Positions 9,302 to 19,074 are shown, numbered from the stretch's first letter. The stretch is 64,000 nucleotides of DNA from Candidatus Eiseniibacteriota bacterium (GCA_965224245.1 OZ245046.1:2688001-2752000), one strand, 5' to 3'. A program made the numbers and translations. Notes: generated from the sequence alone by a model not told the origin.

Positions 9302-10446
9302 ATCCCGTCGGCACCCGGAAGATCCACCGGCTCCTGACCGAGACGCCGCTCGACGACGCGGCGATCGATGCGTTCCTGGCCGAGAATCCACCCCCGATCG
9401 CCGAGGATGCCGGCGTCACGTTCATCTACCGGGGCGCGGCGGACGCGGTGTACCTCCACCACTGGATCTACGGCCTGGAGTCGGCCAAGGCGTTCCACCG
9501 GGCCGGCGAGTCCGACCTGTGGTATCGCTTCGAGGACATCCCGGCCCACTCGCGCGTGGAGTACAAGTTCGAGGTGGTCAACGGTGACGAGCACCGGCTG
9601 ATCCGCGATCCGTTGAACCCGGCGCTCGCACACGATCCGTTCGGGGCCAACTCGGTCTGTCACGGGGCGGGCTACGAGACGCCCGACTGGATCGCCCCCG
9701 ATCCCGAGGCACGAGAGGGCGCCCTCGAGGATCACGCTGTCAGAAGCCCGTCGTTCGGCGGCCGGCGTCGGGTGACGCTGTACTTCCCCGCGCGGTTCCG
9801 CCGGACGCGACGCTACCCGCTCTTGATCGTGCACGACGGGGGTGACTTTCTCCGCTACGCCTCGATGAAGACCGTGCTCGACAACCTGATCCACCGGCTC
9901 GAGATCCCGCCGATGGTGGTGGCGCTGACCCACCCGGTGGCCCGGAACGACGAGTACGTCATCAACGACGCCCATGCGACGTTCATCACCCGCGAGCTCG
10001 GGCCCTGGCTGGAGAAGAGCTACCCCCTGATCCCCGAGCCGTCGTCCCGTGGTCTCATGGGGGCGAGCCTGGGCGGTGTGGCATCGTTCTACACCGCATG
10101 GAAGACGCCCGGGCACTTCGGCCGGCTCCTGATCCAGTCCGGCTCGCTGGCGTTCACCGACATCGGTCCCAACCGGCGCGGGCCGGTGTTCGAGCCGATC
10201 GTCACGTTCATGAACGCGTACCGCGACGAGCCGGTGAAGATCACCAACCGGCTGTTCCAGAGCTGCGGCATCTACGAGTCCTTGATCTACGAGAACCGCT
10301 CGCTGATGCCACTGCTCCAGACGACGGGGATGGAGATCCGCTACGTCGAGGCGCGGGACGGGCACAACTGGGAGAACTGGCGGGATCGGCTCCGGGAGGG
10401 TCTCTCGTGGCTCTTCCCGGGCCCGCTGTGGATGGACTACGAGTAG
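9298..10446 (+). CDS. Alpha/beta-hydrolase esterase (Fes-like) with N-terminal E-set/CBM48-like domain
   Basis: N-terminal VTFIYRG...EYKF...DPLNP; YPLLIVHDG, GASLGG nucleophile, GHNWENWRD; GTGA overlap with upstream stop. Confidence 0.85.
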   Translation: MNPVGTRKIHRLLTETPLDDAAIDAFLAENPPPIAEDAGVTFIYRGAADAVYLHHWIYGLESAKAFHRAGESDLWYRFEDIPAHSRVEYKFEVVNGDEHRLIRDPLNPALAHDPFGANSVCHGAGYETPDWIAPDPEAREGALEDHAVRSPSFGGRRRVTLYFPARFRRTRRYPLLIVHDGGDFLRYASMKTVLDNLIHRLEIPPMVVALTHPVARNDEYVINDAHATFITRELGPWLEKSYPLIPEPSSRGLMGASLGGVASFYTAWKTPGHFGRLLIQSGSLAFTDIGPNRRGPVFEPIVTFMNAYRDEPVKITNRLFQSCGIYESLIYENRSLMPLLQTTGMEIRYVEARDGHNWENWRDRLREGLSWLFPGPLWMDYE

Positions 10447-10460
10447 CTCGCCTCGCGGTC

Positions 10461-10486
10461 GCCGCCGCCGCCGCCGCCGCCGCCGC
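10461..10486. repeat. (GCC)8 trinucleotide microsatellite
   Basis: Eight perfect GCC units plus GC, 14 nt downstream of the esterase stop. Confidence 0.9.
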
Positions 10487-10673
10487 GATGACACCAAATC
10501 GAAACATCAGGACCTGGTGCTCAGATATAGTACAATCCGGTCCGACGACGGCACGTTGCCGGTCCGGGGCATCCTCACCGCGGGCTCGACGTCGCCGGGA
10601 GCCACCGCGCGGCATTGATGGCGCGCCGGACGCGCCGAGACGTGGATGGCCGCGCAGAACCGGGAGGTGCCTC

Positions 10674-11726
10674 GTGCAGGACGTTTCCCCGGCGCGCATG
10701 GGCGCTGCATTCGTCGTGACGGCCTGGCTCTTGGTCCTCGGATGCGCCTCCAACCGATCCACGTTCGTGTATCGCCTGCCGTACGAGACGGGCACTCGCG
10801 TCCTGGTGTGGCAGGACCACGAGACGCACGACAACTGGCTCGATCTGGCCGGCACCGACGGTGAGGCGCCGTACCAGGTCGTCGCGGCCCGACCCGGCAT
10901 CGTCCGCTTCCTCGAAGACGACAACGAGCTCAACTGCCCGACCGGCAAGTGCGAGAACAACTTCGTCTGGATCCAGCACGAGCCCGGCGACGAGTGGACC
11001 ATGTACGTCCACCTCGCCACGGGAACCGTCACCAGCCCGCCTCCGTTCGGGGCGGGCCTTCAGAGCGGCGATCGGGTCTGCGCAGGGCAGTACCTCGGCA
11101 ACGAGGGCAACGTCGGCATGGCGGACGGTGACAACCAGGGCCGGCATCTGCATTTCCACGTGGCCGTGCCCGACGACCCCGCCACGGCGAGCCCATCGCA
11201 CTTTGCCGGTGACATCGAGGCGACGTACAGGATCCCTCGGCTCTGCGGAGTACCCGGCGGGACCGTCGTGAAGGATCGGACGTACACGGCCATCCCGTGC
11301 GCAGGAAGCACCTGCCTGCGATCGGTCGAATCGCCATCCACCGAGGGACGGTGCGAGCGTCGCCCCGGCGGAGAAGTCTGTGTGCAAGAGGTGCATAGCG
11401 GAGCATCGGAAACAATCTACACGCGCGGCGTCGACTTCGACGCCACCTCGCTTCGACTGGACGTCGAGTGGTGTCCGACGGCGGACTGCGATCCCGACGT
11501 GGACGTGGGGAGGGCGATCCGCGTGATCGTGTTCCCCGACTCGCCCGACGCCGAACCGATCTCGTTCGTCGTGAGCTGCGAGCGTCGACGAATCACCGAA
11601 AACGTCGAGAACGTCCGACAGGTCGTCATCCGTCCGTCGCCCGAGCTCAGCGTCGAGAACGTGGCCTGCGACGGCAACGAGTTCCCCGCTGCGTTCGCGA
11701 GGTGGGAGATCTGCGAATGTGAATGA
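10674..11726 (+). CDS. M23 family metallopeptidase, probable lipoprotein, with Cys-rich C-terminal domain
   Basis: VVAARPGIV, NFVWIQH, YVHL, G.VG...HLHFHV M23 motifs; LVLGC lipobox-like; GGAGGT RBS before GTG (alternative ATG 10698). Confidence 0.75.
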   Translation: MQDVSPARMGAAFVVTAWLLVLGCASNRSTFVYRLPYETGTRVLVWQDHETHDNWLDLAGTDGEAPYQVVAARPGIVRFLEDDNELNCPTGKCENNFVWIQHEPGDEWTMYVHLATGTVTSPPPFGAGLQSGDRVCAGQYLGNEGNVGMADGDNQGRHLHFHVAVPDDPATASPSHFAGDIEATYRIPRLCGVPGGTVVKDRTYTAIPCAGSTCLRSVESPSTEGRCERRPGGEVCVQEVHSGASETIYTRGVDFDATSLRLDVEWCPTADCDPDVDVGRAIRVIVFPDSPDAEPISFVVSCERRRITENVENVRQVVIRPSPELSVENVACDGNEFPAAFARWEICECE

Positions 11727-11794
11727 GCCGCCGCGTGATCCGCGCCCGAGCCGATGCATGCGCCGGAAGACGGCTCCGCGACCCCGCGCTGGCT

Positions 11795-13585
11795 CTACAG
11801 CGGCCAGATCCTCGGAATCGCCAGCGTCGCGATCACCCAGAACAGCACGTTGAGCGGGATCCCGGCCCTGAGGAAGTCCGTGTAGCGATACCGGCCCGGA
11901 CCGTAGACCATCAGGTTCGTCTGGTATCCCACCGGGGTGGCGAACGCCGCGGACGCGCCGAACGCGATGGCCATCATGAACGGCCACGGGCTCGCTCCGA
12001 GCTCGGCCGCCGCGCCGATGCCGATCGGGGCCAGGAGCACCGCGGTCGCGTTGTTGGACATCACCGCGGTCAGCAGCGACGCCAGGAGATAGAACAGCGA
12101 GACCAGGAACGTGGGCCCCAGCACGTCCGACAGCGACATCATCGCACCGACGAGGAACCCCGCTGTGCCCGTGGTCTCCATGGCCAGCCCCAGGGGGATC
12201 ATGCCCGCGAGGAGGAAGATCACCATCCAGTCGATGGTCTCGTAGGCCTCCTTGAGCGAGACGCATCCGGTCCCCACCATGGCCAGCGCGCCGAGCACCG
12301 CCGCGACCATGATCGGAAAGACGTGCAGCGCGGCCGCGATCACGACCAGCGCCACGATGCCGATGGCCAAGAGGGACCGCTTGCGCCGGATCCGCGGCAC
12401 GTCGATCTCGCGGAGCACGAGAAAGTCCGGCGTGTCGAACAACGTGTCGATGACCGCTCGGCGACCTTGTAGCAGGAGCGTGTCGCCCGGCTCCAGACGG
12501 ATCTCGGCGATCTTCCGGCGGATCGTGCGGCCGTGCTTTCGCACCGCGAGCGCGAACACGCCGTAGCGCCGCCGAAAGTCGGCCTCCTTCAGCGACGAGC
12601 CCACGAGCGACGAGCTCGGCGAGATGACGCACTCCACGAGCGCGGTCATGTCCGAGGCCAGGTTCTCGTCGGCGAACTTGGCCTCGGCCACCAGCGAGAG
12701 GTTCTCCATGTCGGCCAGGCGCACGATGTCGTCGGCGTCGCCGCGCACCAGGAGCCGGTCTCCGGTCTCCAGCGGCGTGTCGCGCAGACCGAACCAGCGC
12801 ACCTCTTCCCCGCGCGTGATCTGGAGCACGTTCACATCGTAACGCTCGCTGAGGCGCGCCTGCACGAGGGTCCGACCGAGAAGGGTCGAGTTCGGCGTGA
12901 CCATCAGACCCGACAGGTAATCGCTCATCCGGTACTTCCGGGTGAGGGCCGAGATGTGCTCGCGAACGGGCAGGATTCTCGGCGCGACCCAGATGAGGTA
13001 GGCCAGCGCCACCACGAAGAACGGCAGGCCGAGCTTGGCCATCTCGAACATCGGGAACTGACCGATCCCGTGCTCGGCCGAGATCTCGCTCACGATGACG
13101 TTGGTGGACGTCCCGATCAGCGTGCAGGTGCCGCCCACGATGGCGATGAACGAGAGCGGCATCAGGATCTTCGACGCGCCGATGTCGTACTGGCGGGAGA
13201 TGGTCAGCGCGATGGGCAGGAACACGGCGATGGTGGCGGTGTTGTTCACGAACGCCGACAACGCCCCCACCGTGATCAGGAGGATGACCACGACGCTCCG
13301 CTTGTCGTCCTTGGCGGCGCCCACGATCTTGCCACTGATCCAGTTCACCGCGCCGGTCCGGACCAGTCCGCCGGACAGGATGAACATCGACGCCACGGTC
13401 ACGGTCGCGGGGTTGCTGAAGCCGACGAAGACGTCGTTGGCCGGCGGGAAGCGGTCGCGGAAGAGCCCGAGCACCATCAGCGAGGCCAGGACGAGCACGG
13501 ACACGAGATCCGCGCGCACCCGCTCGGTGCCAAACAGCACGATGGACGCCACGATCAACACGTGGATGATCACGATGTCGGCCAC
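11795..13585 (-). CDS. SLC13/DASS-like anion permease with two TrkA-C (RCK_C) domains
   Basis: SAFVNNT, GGTCTLIGTSTN, MSNNAT, FATPVGYQTN.MVYGPG motifs; central soluble RCK_C repeats. Confidence 0.9.
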   Translation of the reverse strand: MADIVIIHVLIVASIVLFGTERVRADLVSVLVLASLMVLGLFRDRFPPANDVFVGFSNPATVTVASMFILSGGLVRTGAVNWISGKIVGAAKDDKRSVVVILLITVGALSAFVNNTATIAVFLPIALTISRQYDIGASKILMPLSFIAIVGGTCTLIGTSTNVIVSEISAEHGIGQFPMFEMAKLGLPFFVVALAYLIWVAPRILPVREHISALTRKYRMSDYLSGLMVTPNSTLLGRTLVQARLSERYDVNVLQITRGEEVRWFGLRDTPLETGDRLLVRGDADDIVRLADMENLSLVAEAKFADENLASDMTALVECVISPSSSLVGSSLKEADFRRRYGVFALAVRKHGRTIRRKIAEIRLEPGDTLLLQGRRAVIDTLFDTPDFLVLREIDVPRIRRKRSLLAIGIVALVVIAAALHVFPIMVAAVLGALAMVGTGCVSLKEAYETIDWMVIFLLAGMIPLGLAMETTGTAGFLVGAMMSLSDVLGPTFLVSLFYLLASLLTAVMSNNATAVLLAPIGIGAAAELGASPWPFMMAIAFGASAAFATPVGYQTNLMVYGPGRYRYTDFLRAGIPLNVLFWVIATLAIPRIWPL

Positions 13586-13770
13586 GAGTCCCTCCGAACG
13601 CCTCGACCGAGATCCGGCTGGCTCGCGGCCGGACGAGCCGGTAGCCTAGCCGGCGAGCGGCCCGCCACCCACGAGTTCGCGATCCAGAATGCTCAACCTT
13701 CTACCACGAAAGAGCTTAGACTGGAACTCGAAGTGACGGCATTCCGACGTGGACCGGACCCGAGGAGCCC

Positions 13771-15801
13771 ATGCCGACCGATCCTCCCGAGATGAGCCCG
13801 GCGCCCCCGAGAGACCCTGCGGTCCCGGCTCCTGCCTCGCGCCGAGCGCCGGGGGGATGCACCGGCACGCGCCACGGGACGCGCCCGCTCCACCGCGGCG
13901 GCGGCGACCCCGGCCCCTCGCGCATTCGCCCGTCGCGGATGAGCCGGCGCCGGACGGCGGTTCTCGTCAGCGTCCACGTGGTGTTCGCGATCCATCTGAC
14001 GCACTGGTGGATGACCGGCACCACGCTCTCGCCGATCGAGCCCTCCGAGTCGATGGAGACGCTGGAGACCGGGCGCGTCAACGCGGGCTTCATCTTCTTC
14101 GCGGCGGCGATCCTGGCCACGCTCGTGTTCGGGCGGATCTTCTGCGGCTGGGGCTGCCACATCGTGGCGCTCCAGGATCTGTGCGGCGCGCTGATGAAGC
14201 GGGCCGGCATCCGGCCGGTCCTGTTCCGCTCGCGACTCCTCGCATGGGTGCCGGTCGGGCTGGCGTTCTACATGTTCGTCTGGCCCACGCTCCGTCGCGA
14301 GGTGATCGCCCCGCTGGTCGCGCGTGCCTGGCCCGGCCAGGCCCGATGGCTGACCGACGTCGCTCCCTTCCCCGGCTTCGAGAACCACCTGGTCAAGTCG
14401 GACTTCTGGGCCACGTTTCCGCCGATCGCGGTGGCGATCCCGTTTCTCCTGATCTGCGGGTTCGCCGTCGTGTACGTGCTCGGCGCCAAGGGCTTCTGTG
14501 CCTACGGGTGCCCCTACGGCGGCGTCTTCGGGCCGGTGGACAAGCTGGCCGCGGGCAAGATCGTCGTCGATCTGGATGCCTGCGAGGGGTGCGGCCACTG
14601 CACCGCGCGCTGCACGTCGAACGTGCGGGTTCACGAGGAGATCCAGACCCACGGAATGGTCGTCGACACCGGGTGCATGAAGTGCATGGACTGCGTCAGC
14701 GTGTGCCCGAACGACGCGCTCTCCTATCGCTTCGCACGGCCGACGCTCTTCGCGGGCTCGCCCCGGCGCCCGCCGAAGCGCCGGCGGTACGACGTGAGCC
14801 TCGGCGCAGACGCCCTGCTCCTGGCGCTGTTCCTGGCGGCCTTCCTCGGCCTGCGCGGAGCCTATGGTCTCGTGCCGATGCTGATGTCGGTCGGGGTGGG
14901 GCTCACGACGGTGTTCCTGGCCTGGAAGCTCGTGCGCGTCGTCCGGGAGCGCCGTGCGCGGCTCCATCGCTTCGAGCTCGCGCGCGACGGTCGGCTCACC
15001 CGTTCGGGTCGCGTGTTCCTCGCGATCGCCGGGGGGTGGCTGCTGCTCGTGGTGCACACCTCGGCCGTCAACGTGCTGCGACTGCGCGGAGAGGCGCTCG
15101 ACCGGAGCATCGCCGTGTCACGCGAGGCGGTGTTCTCGGGTGACCGGTCCGAGGTTCCGTCGGCGATGCGAGAGCGTGCAGCGCGCGCCCGACGGCTGCT
15201 CGGGCTGGCCGCGCCGCTCTGGTCCGGCGGCGCCGGGCTGATCGCGACGCCGGGGCTGGATCTGCGTCTGGCCTGGCTGAGCCTGGTGGCCGGGGACCCC
15301 GAGGATGCGCTGCCTCGACTCGACGCACACCGCCGCCGCCACGGGGAGACGCCCGAGCTCACCGCGGACCTGGCGCGCGTGCGAGCGCTGACGGGCGACA
15401 CGGACGGCGCGATCGCGGCGCTCGAGGCGGCGATCACGGCCGTGCCGAGTTCCGAGGCGCGTGCGGCGCTCGCGCGGCTCTACCTGGACTCGGGGAATCC
15501 GGAGGCGGCGGTGCACGTATACGAGGAGACGACCGAGCCCCTCACCCGCGAGGATCGGCGGCGGCTCGCCGAGCTCTATCTCCGGGTGGGGAGGCCGGAC
15601 TCGGCGATCCAGCTGATGCAGCGGGCGAGCGTCGCCGCGCCGGACGACGTCGAGTCGATCCTGGACCTGGTGCACGTGATGAACGCCGCGGGGCGGACGT
15701 CCCTCGCGATCTCACAGCTCCGCCGGGCGCTCTCGCGCCACCCCGACGACCCGGCGCTGTCGAGGCTGCTCGAGATGCTCGAGCGCGAGTCATCCCGATG
15801 A
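13771..15801 (+). CDS. Membrane 4Fe-4S (NapH/CcoG-like polyferredoxin) protein with C-terminal TPRs
   Basis: GRIFCGWGC, FCAYGCPYG, CEGCGHCTARC, CMKCMDCVSVCP; several TM helices; TPR-like tail; start uncertain. Confidence 0.82.
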   Translation: MPTDPPEMSPAPPRDPAVPAPASRRAPGGCTGTRHGTRPLHRGGGDPGPSRIRPSRMSRRRTAVLVSVHVVFAIHLTHWWMTGTTLSPIEPSESMETLETGRVNAGFIFFAAAILATLVFGRIFCGWGCHIVALQDLCGALMKRAGIRPVLFRSRLLAWVPVGLAFYMFVWPTLRREVIAPLVARAWPGQARWLTDVAPFPGFENHLVKSDFWATFPPIAVAIPFLLICGFAVVYVLGAKGFCAYGCPYGGVFGPVDKLAAGKIVVDLDACEGCGHCTARCTSNVRVHEEIQTHGMVVDTGCMKCMDCVSVCPNDALSYRFARPTLFAGSPRRPPKRRRYDVSLGADALLLALFLAAFLGLRGAYGLVPMLMSVGVGLTTVFLAWKLVRVVRERRARLHRFELARDGRLTRSGRVFLAIAGGWLLLVVHTSAVNVLRLRGEALDRSIAVSREAVFSGDRSEVPSAMRERAARARRLLGLAAPLWSGGAGLIATPGLDLRLAWLSLVAGDPEDALPRLDAHRRRHGETPELTADLARVRALTGDTDGAIAALEAAITAVPSSEARAALARLYLDSGNPEAAVHVYEETTEPLTREDRRRLAELYLRVGRPDSAIQLMQRASVAAPDDVESILDLVHVMNAAGRTSLAISQLRRALSRHPDDPALSRLLEMLERESSR

Positions 15802-15831
15802 GCGGGTCCCTCGATCCGCCGACCCGGAGCG

Positions 15832-16614
15832 TCAGTCGGCGTACACCGACTTGATCCCGCTCCAGCTAACGGTCGAGACCGGCGTGGCCGGCGGAAGCAT
15901 CAGGAGTTGCTCGGTGGCCGCCTGGTACACCGTCCGGGTCGCCGCGTCCTGGACGAACACGACGACGTCCACGTTGGCGAGGTCCCAGCCGTCCTCGGCG
16001 TCTACGGCGATCGGCACGTCCACCACGTCGCCGGCCATCCGGGCCAGCGAGACCGACACACCGTCGGCGCTCGGATGGAAGCGCCGGAACACGTGGTGGT
16101 GCACGTCGATCCCGTTGGGAAACGCCTGGTGGATGTCGCTCTCGGTCAGCGCCAGCATCACGCGGACGTCGCCCTCGATCGGCGTCTCGACACCGATGCG
16201 CACGTTCACCGTGCCCGCGCCGTCGGTTTCGTTCACCGAGCCCGAGAGGGCGAGCGTCACCGGCGCCGGCACCGCGACCTCGCTGGCGTAGACCGAGGGA
16301 TAGCCGGACGTCGACGCCGTGCGGCCCGCGACGCGGATGGACGGCGCCGATCCGACGCCGTAGAACGAGCGGCGCGCGAGGTTCTCGTCCTGGTTCTCCA
16401 GGAAGAACGGATCACCGGCGTATGGAAACGGCACGTGGTACTCGATGGCCACCACGTCGGGGTGATCGAAGATCCAGGACTTGAGGGTCGGATCCACCGA
16501 CCCGCAGATCCCTCAGGCGTAGTTCGTGAAGTGCTCGATCAGCACCGACCGCGGCGCGGACGAAGCGAGGGTCGGGATGGCGAGCAGGGCCGCGAGCGCG
16601 AGTCGGCTGAACAT
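15832..16614 (-). CDS. Predicted selenoprotein: exported Omp28/thioredoxin-like protein with UxxC motif (in-frame TGA at 16513-16515)
   Basis: GGAG RBS, signal peptide MFSRLALAALLAIPTLASSA, then RSVLIEHFTNYA-TGA-GIC in frame with the downstream ORF (IEYHV, ARRSFYGV, ALTES, HHHVFR, LANVDVVVFVQD...VYQA typical of Omp28-related proteins); SECIS-like hairpin follows. Confidence 0.85.
16485..16503 (-). promoter_or_regulatory. Putative bacterial SECIS element
   Basis: Perfect 7-bp stem GGGUCGG/CCGACCC with UGGAU loop; stem starts 9 nt and loop 16 nt after the UGA; G at loop position 2. Confidence 0.75.
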
Positions 16615-16717
16615 GGTGTCTCCAGCGTACGGTCGGTGAGAGCCGGTCCCGGCTGAGCCGGGTGACGTCGAGGGTCTGGATTGACGGTGTTTCGATGCGT
16701 CATCGGCCCGAATCGGT

Positions 16718-17215
16718 TCAGACCTCGGCCGCCAGACAGCACTTCTTGTACTTCTTGCCGCTCCCACACGGACAGGGGTCGTTCCGGCCGACCTTGGGCT
16801 CGTCCCGGTGAATGGGCGATTGCTTCACCATCTCGCCCTCCGAGAAGACCCAGGTCCCGTCCACGCGTTCGAACCTGGCGAGCTCGTGGTGCGTGGCCAC
16901 CTTGTCTCCGACCTTGTACGTGGCCGTGAACTCGACGGACCCCTGATCGTCGTCCTTCCCGCCGGCCTCGGTCGACTTGACCTCGAAGCCGAGCCACGTG
17001 GCGGCCTCGCCCCACTGCTCGGTCTCCTTCGGGTCGTAGTCGGTCCGGGCGCTGGGATGCAGGGTCTCGCCGAGGTAGTCGTACGCCTTCTTCACGTAGG
17101 CCGAGTACCGCGAGCGCATCAGCTCGACGGCGGTCTCGGGCGTCTCGGCGCCCGAGATGAAGCGACCGCAGCACGTCTCGTACGCCGGGCCGGCTCCGCA
17201 GGGACATGCACTCAT
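16718..17215 (-). CDS. ychJ: YchJ family protein with SEC-C motifs
   Basis: [26 protein letters not shown]...[19 protein letters not shown]. Confidence 0.92.
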   Translation of the reverse strand: MSACPCGAGPAYETCCGRFISGAETPETAVELMRSRYSAYVKKAYDYLGETLHPSARTDYDPKETEQWGEAATWLGFEVKSTEAGGKDDDQGSVEFTATYKVGDKVATHHELARFERVDGTWVFSEGEMVKQSPIHRDEPKVGRNDPCPCGSGKKYKKCCLAAEV

Positions 17216-17366
17216 CAGATGGATCCTCCAGGGTTTCCGACCGGATAGTGTGCCTCAAAACCCGGTCCTGACCAATCCCCGAAGAGCCCTGCTCCCCCGC
17301 GGAGCCGCCCGGCGGACGCCGTCCCTCGGGCCCCATCCGCGCTCCGCGCCCGTTGGACCGGGAGCA

Positions 17367-18860
17367 CTAGAAACGAGACTGGAAGGTCTCCAGCTCCCAC
17401 TTGTCCTTCTTCTCGTTGAGCGTGGCGCAGAGGATCTTCTTGCCATCGGTCCGGACGTTCACGAGCCCGTACGTCACCGAGTCGACCACCCGGGTGCCGC
17501 GATGATACGAGCGGGAGACCTTCTCCGGGTTCAGGTCTCCCGAACGCTGTACCTCGTAGCGAAGGGTCGCCTTCTCGGCCGGCGTCAACGTCACACCGGC
17601 CGGCGCCGTTCCCGGGTAGTCGGCGTCCTGGATGGACGTCAGCCGACCGATGTCGATGCTGCGCGAGATCTCGGTGGAGTACACGAGCGGCGTCTTCATC
17701 TCGTCGTTGGCGATCGTCACGTGGCCCACCTGGCCCGCCGTCGCCACGATGGAGGGGCGCGGATGGGAGTGTCCCTCGTTGTCGCCGGACGAGATCACGG
17801 TCGCCGCGGCGCCCATCGCCTGGAGAAATGTATACGAGACGTCCTCGCTGCCGTGGTGGCACCCCTTGGCCACGTCACACGCGAGATCCAGCCGACTGTC
17901 CACATCCTCGAGGAGAGCGGCCATCGATCGCTTGTTCAGGTCGCCGGTGAGAAGGATGCGCGTGTTCTTGTAGTCGAGTCGCAAGAGAAGGCTGTGCCCG
18001 TTGGTGTTCTGGCTGGTCGACGACGTGTAAGCGCGGTACGCGGGTCCTCCCGCGCCGTCGTCGAACTCCACCGGCGCGAGGATCTTCAACGTCGCCCGCG
18101 GCTTCCCCGAACGGGGCTCGAAGCCCGGCACCCAGCCGTCGTGATGGCTCAGGCGCCGGATGTCGCAGCCGTTGGCGATCGCGGCGGTCATGAAGTTCGC
18201 CCACTCTCCCTGGAGCTTAGGGCCGGGCTTCGATGGATCCAGCGCGTCCTTGACCGCGGTGCGATTGCCGAGGAGCTGAACCAGGAACTTCGTGCCACCG
18301 ATCTTCCGGATCGGACCGAGCCATCTCCCGCCGCCGGGCTTCCGCCACCACGACACCCCCGCGTGGTACAGGACGTCGACGTCGACGCCCTTGGCGTCGA
18401 GCTCCGCGGTCGCCTCCGGGGTCGTGCTCAGCAGGTCCCAGAGCCCACCGTAGTGGTCGGAGTCACAGTGCGAGGCAATCATCGCGTCGAGCTTGATTCG
18501 GGTCTTTCGGTAGTCCTTGGCGAACTTCCAGTCCACGAAGTCGGCTGCGTTCTTGCCCGTCGCCTGGCGCTCTCGGATGTACCCGCCGTCGATCAGGATG
18601 TGCCTGCGATCGGGTGTGCAGATCAGAACGCCATCCCCTTGGCCGACGTCGATGAAGTAGACCTCACACAGCGCCTCGCCGCCGAGTGCGCTCGTGTCGA
18701 CCGTTCCCGTACGGCCTCGCGCCTTCACCGTGGTCTTGCCGCCGCTCGCGCTCACGACCTCGACCTGATCGCCCCACAAGAGCTCGATCTTCCGGGTCTT
18801 TCCTCCCGAGACGTACCTGAGCGTTGCCGTGTCGGTGCGGACGTAGTCCTTCGCCATCAT
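17367..18860 (-). CDS. MBL-fold metallo-hydrolase (ComEC/Rec2-like beta-lactamase domain), cytoplasmic
   Basis: FIDVGQGDG, ILIDGG, SHCDSDHYGGL, LLTGDL, HHGS, ISSG...HSHP; GGAGG RBS before MMAKDY. Confidence 0.85.
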   Translation of the reverse strand: MMAKDYVRTDTATLRYVSGGKTRKIELLWGDQVEVVSASGGKTTVKARGRTGTVDTSALGGEALCEVYFIDVGQGDGVLICTPDRRHILIDGGYIRERQATGKNAADFVDWKFAKDYRKTRIKLDAMIASHCDSDHYGGLWDLLSTTPEATAELDAKGVDVDVLYHAGVSWWRKPGGGRWLGPIRKIGGTKFLVQLLGNRTAVKDALDPSKPGPKLQGEWANFMTAAIANGCDIRRLSHHDGWVPGFEPRSGKPRATLKILAPVEFDDGAGGPAYRAYTSSTSQNTNGHSLLLRLDYKNTRILLTGDLNKRSMAALLEDVDSRLDLACDVAKGCHHGSEDVSYTFLQAMGAAATVISSGDNEGHSHPRPSIVATAGQVGHVTIANDEMKTPLVYSTEISRSIDIGRLTSIQDADYPGTAPAGVTLTPAEKATLRYEVQRSGDLNPEKVSRSYHRGTRVVDSVTYGLVNVRTDGKKILCATLNEKKDKWELETFQSRF

Positions 18861-19074
18861 GTGCCTCCATCGGATCGAGCTCTCCACGCGAGAGGAGCGC
18901 GTGGTCGACATGTACCAATTCCAAATGAAGTAGCGCCGATAATTCAACTATGGGAACACGATTCTGCGACGCGCGCAAGCACTTGCGGTCCGGGCGGCTG
19001 CGCGGTGGACGTGACGGCGCCCGATCGCGATACTCCGGAGTTTCCGGATCGGATCCTCCAGGCAGGAGCCACGC

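Noticed and set aside
16513-16515. TGA as a simple nonsense mutation or as genetic-code reassignment
   Set aside because: It falls on the first Cys position of a CxxC and is followed by a SECIS-like hairpin, while many other genes here use TGA as a normal stop; a pseudogene cannot be fully excluded without seeing sel genes
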